Origin: Flavobacteriaceae bacterium
Lineage (GTDB): Bacteria > Bacteroidota > Bacteroidia > Flavobacteriales > Flavobacteriaceae
NCBI GenBank assembly: GCA_014075215.1
Contig: CP046177.1
Coordinates: 183,291-247,290, forward strand
Direction of reading: 5' to 3'
DNA length: 64,000 nt
Of this stretch, positions 48,314 through 55,868 are shown piece by piece. Position 1 is the stretch's first letter, and each line of letters opens with the position of its first letter. Position numbers and translations under genes: made by a program. Below the pieces are notes generated by a model. That model was not told the DNA's origin. It saw only the letters and a list, made by a program, of their open reading frames with translations, and did no database searches.

Positions 48314-49126
48314 ATGAAGAAAATTACTTATTTATTAATGTTATTAACGGTTGTAGGTTACGCACAGACAACACTTATTGATTTTGAGACAGCGACTACG
48401 TGGACCGATTTCGACGGAGGCGTTATGACAACCGAGACAAATCCTTACAATAATTCGGACAATAATTCGGCGAATGTGGGGAAGATGGTAAAAAATGCCG
48501 GTCAACCATGGGGAGGAAGTTGGACAGATTTAGGTTCACCTATAGATTTTTCAAGTAATAATGCAGTATCCGTAAAGGTGTATTCACCAAGAGTAGGAGC
48601 TAAATTATTATTTAAAGTAGAGAATGAAACAGACGGAGGAGTATTTTTCCAGCAAGAAGCTACTACTACTATGGCAAATGCCTGGGAAACATTGACATAT
48701 GATTTTTCGTCAGTTAATACTGCCAATAGCTATCAGAAAGTAGTGCTTATTTTTGATAATGGAACTGTCGGAGATGGAAGTGCCAATTTTACATTCTATG
48801 TTGATGATATTACCCTATACCTAGATAGTAGTGCACTTAGTCAGATAGATTTGCCAGTAAATTTTGAAGGAAGCACTACAAATTATACGGTAACTGATTT
48901 TGGAGGTAATGCATCTATGTTAGTAACGGATCCGGCTAATAGTTCAAATAATGTGATACAATCTGTTAAAACAACCGGAGCTGAGATTTGGGCAGGTACC
49001 ACAATAGGTACGCCTTCAGGTTTTGCTACGGCAATTCCTTTTACAGCTACAAGTACTAAAATGTCCGTAAAAGTGCGATCACCGTTAGCCTTTAGATTAG
49101 CAAATAGAAATAATTACTTAAAATAA
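48314..49126 (+). pseudogene. Secreted CBM-like two-domain protein, C-terminally truncated
   Basis: The domains are related to those of 42190..44223 (VSVKVYSPRVGAKLLFKVEN). The second domain breaks after MSVKVRSP at about 49084 and runs into unrelated sequence (LAFRLANRNNYLK*). Confidence 0.6.
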
Positions 49127-49211
49127 AAACATAATAGTTATGATGAAATTTCTTTTTTTGCTTCTTTTTTTCTTTGTTAATAACTCTTATTTTGTTGATA
49201 ACCAAAAACAC

Positions 49212-49283
49212 AAAAGAACGGAGTGAACTTTAGCGGCCAGCTAGCTTTTTAGAGCCATCCCCCGTATTAGTCTCCGTTCTTTT
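49212..49283 (+). ncRNA. Candidate IS110 5' non-coding (bridge-RNA-like) stem-loop
   Basis: A perfect 12-bp stem, AAAAGAACGGAG (49212-49223) with CTCCGTTCTTTT (49272-49283), encloses 48 nt. It lies about 95 nt upstream of the recombinase ATG. Confidence 0.4.
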
Positions 49284-49376
49284 TAAAAGTTACTTAGAAC
49301 CATATAGAATTTCAGTTTCTGCCCTTATTAAAGGTCTTAGTTTAAGTAACTATTATTAATATCTAATTACAAAATT

Positions 49377-50372
49377 ATGAAAACAAATGAAATTATCGGA
49401 ATCGATGTCAGTAAATTATTAATTGATGTTTGTATCTATTCTAAACAAATTGTTCAACAGTTTGAGAACAGTAAATCTGGATTTAAATTAATGCTAAAGT
49501 GGAGTTTTAAAAATTCGTCTTTCTCTAAAGAAGAAACCATGTTTGTATTTGAACATACAGGAATGTACTCTCATTTATTATCTGTGTCTTTAACTGAACA
49601 AAAATTATCTTTTTTCATAGCTTCTGGTTTAGAAATTAAAAGATCTATTGGTATTGCTCGTGGAAAGGATGACCAAATTGATGCCAAACGCATTGCTCTA
49701 TATGGGTATCGATTAAAAGAAGAACTTAAACCCAGTAAGCTACCTAAAAGAAGTATATTACAACTAAAAAGTCTCTTATCTTTAAGGACAAAACTTAACA
49801 AACAAAGAGCTGGTTTTAAAGTTACTTTGAAAGAACAAAAAAGAATTTATAAAGCAAAAGAGTATAAAATAATCTTTGACGTTCAACAAAAAATGATTGC
49901 AGAACTAACCAAACAAATACACAAGATTAATACTCAAATGCAAGCTATTATTGACCAAAATATAATGTTAAAAGAAACCTATAAACTTGTTACTAGTGTT
50001 AAAGGTATAGGAATGCAAACTGCTATAATGATGATTGTGTTTACTGACAATTTTTCAAAATTTGAAAACTGGAGAAAGTTTGCCTCTTATTGTGGTGTTG
50101 CTCCTTTTCCTTACCAATCTGGAACTAGTATTAAAGGACGTACAAAAGTCTCTCATTTGGCTAATAAAAAATTGAAAGCAATTATTAATATGTGCGCTAT
50201 TTCTGCTATACAACATAACCCAGAAATGAAATTATACTATCATAAAAGAATAAAACAAGGCAAAAGTAAAATGAGTACCGTTAACATTATTAGAAACAAA
50301 TTAATAGCAAGAGTGTTTGCCGTTGTCAAACGACAAACACCCTATGTAGATACTTTTAAATTTGCTGCATAA
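49377..50372 (+). CDS. IS110-family transposase (DEDD recombinase)
   Basis: 331-aa ORF with the N-terminal IGIDVSK motif. The C-terminal VKGIGMQTAIMMIVFT...FASYCGVAPFPYQSGTSIKGRTKVSHLANKKLK is the IS116/IS110/IS902 domain. Confidence 0.85.
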   Translation: MKTNEIIGIDVSKLLIDVCIYSKQIVQQFENSKSGFKLMLKWSFKNSSFSKEETMFVFEHTGMYSHLLSVSLTEQKLSFFIASGLEIKRSIGIARGKDDQIDAKRIALYGYRLKEELKPSKLPKRSILQLKSLLSLRTKLNKQRAGFKVTLKEQKRIYKAKEYKIIFDVQQKMIAELTKQIHKINTQMQAIIDQNIMLKETYKLVTSVKGIGMQTAIMMIVFTDNFSKFENWRKFASYCGVAPFPYQSGTSIKGRTKVSHLANKKLKAIINMCAISAIQHNPEMKLYYHKRIKQGKSKMSTVNIIRNKLIARVFAVVKRQTPYVDTFKFAA

Positions 50373-50493
50373 ATTAGTAAAAATAATATCTCAACTTTTA
50401 CTTGTTTTTATCATAGAATACCTTTAAGATCTCCGTATTGTACTGTTGTATGTTTTTCTAAATATTTCATACTACAAAAGTAAGTTTATTCTT

Positions 50494-51108
50494 TTAGTCT
50501 ACAAATTTCTGTTTTACTACTTCAAAATTCCACTTATTAAAACCTTGATAATATGCCTCAACCCAAAAGTAAGTAGGATTATTATAATCCTGTTGACAAT
50601 CAAACTCGCAATAGGTTTTTACCAAGAACCCAAAATTGCCTAAATACCGAAGTAAATATGGCTGATAGTTACCCTGACGAGTTACTTTACAATTTGGCTT
50701 TTGGTTAATCTCGTATTGAATAAATTTTTTAGTAGCCCTATATGCTGTTTGTCTCCAATAATTTGAGTATTCAAATTCTTCTAATGTAGGTTCTTTGTGC
50801 TTCTTATTATATGCCTTTGGGTCTTTCCATAATTCCAGTAAATCTAATTGAGGTTCTGTATTATTTTGAAAAGCTGAATTATCTGTAACATCTAATTCTT
50901 CACCTTCTTTCATTTGCTGTAATTGTTTAATTTTTTTTATCCAATCTTCATTGCTTTGATTTTGTGTTTTAGGTGTTTCAGTTATTGTGTTTTGTTCCTT
51001 TTCTAGTATTTGGTTGTGTTGTTGTTTAGGTTTATCATTACAACTTATAAGAAGTAATACTAGAGTAGTTGCTATTGATGTTATTTTAAGTGTTTTCACT
51101 AAGTACAT
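50494..51108 (-). CDS. Lipoprotein whose start region was rebuilt by an IS4 insertion
   Basis: 204-aa ORF: MYLV|KTLKITSIATTLVLLLISC. The first codons come from the IS4 terminal repeat. The original start is reconstructible as MKTLKIT.... Confidence 0.6.
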   Translation of the reverse strand: MYLVKTLKITSIATTLVLLLISCNDKPKQQHNQILEKEQNTITETPKTQNQSNEDWIKKIKQLQQMKEGEELDVTDNSAFQNNTEPQLDLLELWKDPKAYNKKHKEPTLEEFEYSNYWRQTAYRATKKFIQYEINQKPNCKVTRQGNYQPYLLRYLGNFGFLVKTYCEFDCQQDYNNPTYFWVEAYYQGFNKWNFEVVKQKFVD

Positions 51109-52193
51109 GACAAAAATTTAGTCAAGTTCATATTGTTTTGATTTACAGGGTTTAATAGCACAGAAGCGATATAATCTAATCCATATTTGAATATGCTTTT
51201 AGCCATTCTTCCATGCTTTTTTATTTTGATAGGCTTAATCTGATGTAAATATATACCAACTTTGTAACACCATACGAAAGCCATCATTACAAACAGTACT
51301 AATTTTTCAATACGCTTAATATCTTGCAGGTGTGTGTTTTCAATATCAAAGCCACTGGCTTTCATTGCTTTAAAACACATCTCTATCTGCCATCGTTCTT
51401 TGTATTGTTCAAAGGCCTTATCAGGAGCGTTGAACGATACAATGATTAAGAAATCAGGCTTTCCATTTTTTGGGTACAACTTGCATCCGGAAAGGAAACA
51501 AAGCTGACCATTAACACGTACAATTTTAGGATAATACACAAACTCATTGATCTTATGTGGATTAAACAAGTGAAATACTTTGATGGTTTTGTTCTTATCA
51601 GGAAGCTCTACCTTAAAGTTGTTTCGAATGCGGATATAATATTTGATTCCATTTGTATTCAAGAAATCCAACCAATGATTACCTACAAACTCTCTATCGG
51701 CTACAATGGATTTAATAACATCTTTGCCAAAAAGTCTTATGAAACGATTCACAAGATCAATACGCTCCTGACTGTTAGAGTTCCCTGGCTTATCTAACAT
51801 AGTAAATAACAATGGGAAGGCAACACCTTTATAGACAACTCCCAACTTAAAAATGTTGATGTTGGTCTGACCAAACTTCCAATTGGTCCTATCAATACTC
51901 AAGATCAATCCCTCTTGCTTAGGAAGGAGACTAAATATAAGACGAGCGATCAAATCTCCATCCAACGAATAATCAGCAATAAATCTTTGAATACGTCTGA
52001 GTGATGACTTCGAATCTACTGAGGTCTCAAAAGCGTTGGCTACCTTTTCAAAGGTAACTGTCTGTACCTTACAGAGGGCGATAATGAAATGTGATATGAG
52101 TTTGATTCTTGCCAAATTGATCTTACCTTGGAAATGAGAACTTAAAACTGAATTTAATTCACTACTTTTAGTGGAAGCATTGGTTTTTTTCAT
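51099..52193 (-). CDS. IS4-family DDE transposase
   Basis: 364-aa ORF with SIDRTNWKFG, VADREFVG and YKERWQIEMCFKAMK (YREK-type). The stop codon lies in the terminal repeat. Confidence 0.85.
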   Translation of the reverse strand: MKKTNASTKSSELNSVLSSHFQGKINLARIKLISHFIIALCKVQTVTFEKVANAFETSVDSKSSLRRIQRFIADYSLDGDLIARLIFSLLPKQEGLILSIDRTNWKFGQTNINIFKLGVVYKGVAFPLLFTMLDKPGNSNSQERIDLVNRFIRLFGKDVIKSIVADREFVGNHWLDFLNTNGIKYYIRIRNNFKVELPDKNKTIKVFHLFNPHKINEFVYYPKIVRVNGQLCFLSGCKLYPKNGKPDFLIIVSFNAPDKAFEQYKERWQIEMCFKAMKASGFDIENTHLQDIKRIEKLVLFVMMAFVWCYKVGIYLHQIKPIKIKKHGRMAKSIFKYGLDYIASVLLNPVNQNNMNLTKFLSCT

Positions 52194-52306
52194 TAGAAAA
52201 ATGAGTGATGTTATTCTTCTAATATACTGAAAATCAATGCTTTATTTTAATTATTTAACATTTAATTTACTGATAATCAATTAATTATATTTTTTGTCAT
52301 GTACTA
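51099..52306 (-). mobile_element. IS4-family element (about 1208 bp)
   Basis: Inverted ends CTAAGTACATGACAAAAA... and ...TTTTTGTCATGTACTA. The 10-11 bp duplication AAGTGTTTTCA lies at 51088-51098 and 52307-52317. Confidence 0.8.
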
Positions 52307-52317
52307 AAGTGTTTTCA

Positions 52318-52770
52318 TTATTCTAATTCTTGTATTCCGTAAAAAACTAATGTTTGCCCATTTTTAAACTCATAACCAATACTACCAACAGTATCAACCC
52401 ATATCTGAAAACAGATAGAATTATCGATGTCAAATTCCATTCCTTTTAACCCTAATAAACTTTCCGTTATTTTGGACTTCTTTATTTTAAATTCAAAGGT
52501 ATTCCAACTCCTATTTTTAGTTTTGGATTTATAAGAAATCAGGTTTTTGTTGAAGTCGAATGTATGATAACTTACTTCATCATTTGTCTGTAATATATCA
52601 ACCCCTTTTTCGAGGTCATTACTATTACTAACAAATTTAAAAATAGGTTTCTCATTACTTCCCGTCTTGTTTTTTGACGATGAGGTCTTATTGGTTTGAG
52701 TGCATCCAATTAGTGTAGTAAGGATAATAATACCAAAGACTATAATCTTTTTTGTATTAGTGTGGTTCAT
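52318..52770 (-). CDS. Lipoprotein (150 aa), originally stop/start-overlapped (TAATG) with the downstream lipoprotein gene
   Basis: MNHTNTKKIIVFGIIILTTLIGC has a lipobox. I recognise no family. Confidence 0.6.
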   Translation of the reverse strand: MNHTNTKKIIVFGIIILTTLIGCTQTNKTSSSKNKTGSNEKPIFKFVSNSNDLEKGVDILQTNDEVSYHTFDFNKNLISYKSKTKNRSWNTFEFKIKKSKITESLLGLKGMEFDIDNSICFQIWVDTVGSIGYEFKNGQTLVFYGIQELE

Positions 52771-52789
52771 TTGCTTTTCTCATTAATTT

Positions 52790-52990
52790 CAACCCAGTAC
52801 CTAAGTTGAGTGATTAACAAAAAATAAGGCATGGTACTAAAGTCCACTCCTTGGACGAGGTACTGGTATACCTATCAAGTAAAGCGAACTAAGCCCATGC
52901 CCATAAGGAACACGGGCATTAGTTCATCCTTTCTACTTGATTGATTGAAAATTATCAGTTTTCGTCCAAGTTATTAGATGACTAATGCCT
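52790..52990. ncRNA. Candidate structured non-coding element (strand unresolved)
   Basis: There is no ORF here. Several 8-13 bp complementary pairs are present: 52794-52801/52859-52866, 52849-52857/52962-52970, 52874-52881/52934-52941 and 52915-52928/52977-52989. There are also local hairpins at 52842-52856 and 52897-52919, some mutually exclusive with the long-range pairs. Confidence 0.4.
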
Positions 52991-53076
52991 ATCTGCGTAT
53001 TTTATGTAAAGAACGTTTATATCGTTATTCTATATCTTTTGTTTTCTGATTGTATTCCAAATATAATGGATTTCGA

Positions 53077-53622
53077 TTAATCTAAATCTGTATTAAGTAA
53101 TTTTAATAGTTCCTTTTTTTCATCATCAGTAAAATTATTTCTTATGTATGTGCTAAATGAACTTGGAGTTTTTTCAAGTTTTATTCGTTGCCGTTTAAAC
53201 CCTCCTTCAATCATTGCTTTGTACACAGATAATTCTTTAGACATGACTTTTTCAAATAAATCTAATCGATGTTTTTCTAACACTTCTAGACTTCTTTGTT
53301 TATCCGTCTTTCTTACCCTTTTTATGTCTATATCTAATTCTAATTGTACACTTTTTTGTCTTCCAAGTTCTAATTCTACTTCTGTAAACCCTGAACAAAT
53401 TTCTTCTATATCTTTAAAATCCATTTGCAAGCCCCAAGGTCTTACTGTTTCTACAAAGTCAGGAAAATAATTAAACTCTTTAGGTTCTAATTCATTTGGA
53501 GCAGGGTCTCTATTTTTCCAGTCTTCTGATTTAATAATATTTAATATCAATCTTGGTATATGGGTTTCCCTAAATTTGTGTTCCTTTAATTCTTCTTGAA
53601 CTTGTTCTATTAAATTTTCCAT
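53077..53622 (-). CDS. hypothetical protein (181 aa, acidic/helical), coupled to the HNH-helicase gene
   Basis: Its ATG at 53622 lies 1 nt after the helicase TAA (CAA TAA A ATG). The C-terminal half (LEVLEKHRLDLFEKVMSKELSVYKAMIEGGFKRQR) recalls HTH tails of ParB/phage DNA-binding proteins (weak recall). Confidence 0.6.
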   Translation of the reverse strand: MENLIEQVQEELKEHKFRETHIPRLILNIIKSEDWKNRDPAPNELEPKEFNYFPDFVETVRPWGLQMDFKDIEEICSGFTEVELELGRQKSVQLELDIDIKRVRKTDKQRSLEVLEKHRLDLFEKVMSKELSVYKAMIEGGFKRQRIKLEKTPSSFSTYIRNNFTDDEKKELLKLLNTDLD

Positions 53623-53623
53623 T

Positions 53624-55507
53624 TTATTGGCTTTTTAATTTCTCGTATAACTCTTTAGATAGTTCTAATTTTTTCTTGTATTCATCTAAAGTAAAAATAA
53701 GGCTATTTTTTTTACCTACAGATTTATTTAATTTTGAATGTATGTCTCTATACTCTAAACCAAAATCAAAATGAATACGCCCAACCATTTTATGGACTAA
53801 TTTTTTATATCTGTCTTTTTCATCCGTTATTGTTTCTATTTTATGAGGTCGTCTTTCCTCTAATGAAGGTTGCTGACCTGCAATATTTAAAATATCTTTC
53901 CACATGCTTAATACCTTATCTTTTGTAACATCGTATTTAGTAGCTAATATTGTAGCTTCTACATCTTCAGTTTGAGAGAAAAGTGCACCTCCATATACAT
54001 TTCCACTATTTTCACTTGTAGAGCTTAAAACTATATCTTCTATGCTAATTTGAGTTGGCTTTCCACCAATACCCCCTATATGCTCTTCTTCAACGGAATC
54101 TATTTCATATCGAATATGTCTTAATTCTTCTTCAATAAATGTAGCATTGTCAATCAATGGTTTATATTCTGGAATGTACATATAACATACATCTGAATTA
54201 TTTTTAAAATGTACTGGATTTCTAACACCTCGCCCCATAACTTGAACAAACCTAACTCTTGTAGTAACATTTGAAGCATAAACAATAGCCCTTATTCTAG
54301 AAATATCTACTCCCTCAGAAACCATATTAATTGAAATAATCCACGTTTTATAACTTTCTTTAAAACGCTCTATTTTTCTATTGGAATCTTTATCATCACT
54401 TGTAACCAATTCAGCAAAATCAACCCCGTATTTATTATATATTCTCTCGTATAATGCTTTAGCATCTGCTATGGAATTACAAACAATCAAACCTGCATAG
54501 TTTTCATTGCGGTTGGTATTAATCTCATTTAACTGTTGATTAGCCTTTTCAAATGTTTGATATACATAACAATCTCCCTCTGGGCGTACTTTAATTGCAT
54601 TATTATAAATATTTTTTATTTCAGATGCAGGGTCTTCATTTTTTAATCTTTCATAACCATTTACAGTTTCAACTGTTGACGAATTTCGTTGAAATATTAC
54701 AGGACAGCAGACTTTATCTTTAACACTTTCAGCATATCCATAAGAATAATCATATTGTAATTCGTATTTTCTATCGCCAATTTTTTTATATGTAACAAAA
54801 GGTATTTCTGCATTATCATTTCTGTCTGGAGTACCACTCAATAGTAACACAAAACCTGCTTCGTCTCCAATTTCTCTAATTGCATTGCCCCAAGATTTAT
54901 CGTCACCTGCATGATGAACCTCATCAACTATTAGAACAACTCTTTGATTTACATATTTTTTTAGAATTTCTAGGTTTAATGGGTTAAGACTTTGAAAGGT
55001 AATACTAATGCCATTACAATCTCTTGGCCACGCGTACTTAAATTGATAACCATGGTCTACTCTGATGTTAAAAAATTTCTGAAAAGTAACACTCCAATTC
55101 TTTTTAATATTTTCTGTAGGACTAATAACAATTACAGAGTCAAACTCCCCAGATTTTAATAGATAATTAAAAGTATAGCTTGAAAACATAGTCTTTCCCG
55201 AGCCAACTCCAGCAACTGCTAAAAAAGAATTTCCGCCTCCTTTTCGTACCTTAATTAATTTTGCAAAACAATCTTGTTGCCATTTTCTTAATTCAATTTC
55301 TTTTTGATTTCTCATTTTATTTGATTTTAATAAATTACACTTTGGGCATAAGGCTTGTCCATTAGAAATGTGTGTAATACCGTATTTAGAAAATGGAGTA
55401 ATGTGATCAGCATGCCAATTTGTTGGTAAAGAAGTACCACAATTTTGACATAAACCCTCAGAAAGAACAAAGAGAGCTTTTTTTTGCTTTGAATTAAAAT
55501 ATCTCAT
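53624..55507 (-). CDS. HNH endonuclease::SF2 (DEAD/DEAH, ResIII-like) helicase fusion protein
   Basis: 627-aa ORF. The HNH is CQNCG...HADHITPFSKYG...NGQALCPKCNLLKSN. Helicase motifs are I AGVGSGKT, II LIVDEVHH, III LLSGTP, V SINMVSEGVDISRI and VI QVMGRGVR. A C-terminal region of about 170 aa is of unknown function. Confidence 0.8.
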   Translation of the reverse strand: MRYFNSKQKKALFVLSEGLCQNCGTSLPTNWHADHITPFSKYGITHISNGQALCPKCNLLKSNKMRNQKEIELRKWQQDCFAKLIKVRKGGGNSFLAVAGVGSGKTMFSSYTFNYLLKSGEFDSVIVISPTENIKKNWSVTFQKFFNIRVDHGYQFKYAWPRDCNGISITFQSLNPLNLEILKKYVNQRVVLIVDEVHHAGDDKSWGNAIREIGDEAGFVLLLSGTPDRNDNAEIPFVTYKKIGDRKYELQYDYSYGYAESVKDKVCCPVIFQRNSSTVETVNGYERLKNEDPASEIKNIYNNAIKVRPEGDCYVYQTFEKANQQLNEINTNRNENYAGLIVCNSIADAKALYERIYNKYGVDFAELVTSDDKDSNRKIERFKESYKTWIISINMVSEGVDISRIRAIVYASNVTTRVRFVQVMGRGVRNPVHFKNNSDVCYMYIPEYKPLIDNATFIEEELRHIRYEIDSVEEEHIGGIGGKPTQISIEDIVLSSTSENSGNVYGGALFSQTEDVEATILATKYDVTKDKVLSMWKDILNIAGQQPSLEERRPHKIETITDEKDRYKKLVHKMVGRIHFDFGLEYRDIHSKLNKSVGKKNSLIFTLDEYKKKLELSKELYEKLKSQ

Positions 55508-55595
55508 ATTTACTAACCGCCTTTCACTTTTTTAGTGACCATCAGCCTTATGGGCTAAAGATAGTAAAAATTATTGAATATCAGATGATTCGTTT

Positions 55596-55787
55596 TATCG
55601 CATACCAGGGCAGAATCATACTTTGTGATACAAAGTAAGTTTTCCAACAAAATCCGCTAATTTTTGTAAATTTTCAAAAATCTCAAAGATTTTTATTAGT
55701 GAAATAGCATGTTTTAGACATTTAGAAGAGAAAAATTTGTGTATTTGTAGTAAAAATAAAAGTATGATTTTGCCCTGTATCGCATAC
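55596..55787. promoter_or_regulatory. Candidate replication origin / regulatory region
   Basis: A 19-bp inverted repeat (18/19) joins CAGGGCAGAATCATACTTT (55606-55624) and AAAGTATGATTTTGCCCTG (55759-55777). Each arm is abutted by the direct 10-mer TATCGCATAC (55596-55605 and 55778-55787). The repeats enclose about 134 bp of AT-rich DNA and an adjacent hairpin, CTTTGT GAT ACAAAG. Confidence 0.4.
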
Positions 55788-55868
55788 GTAAAAATTATCG
55801 TATTTAAAAAGGCACTTAGTGTATATAGTAAAACACAACTCTCAAAAATTACTGGGGGACAGATAAAT

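Larger units (their letters stand above)
49200..50440 (+). mobile_element. IS110-family element (boundaries approximate)
   Basis: It has a transposase ORF plus a structured 5' non-coding region. IS110 elements lack classical inverted repeats, so I could not fix the ends. Confidence 0.6.

Noticed and set aside
53624-55507. HNH-helicase as the R subunit of a Type I/III restriction-modification system
   Set aside because: There is no methyltransferase or specificity subunit anywhere in the island. The only methylase-like fragment in the window is 33 kb away and unrelated in context.
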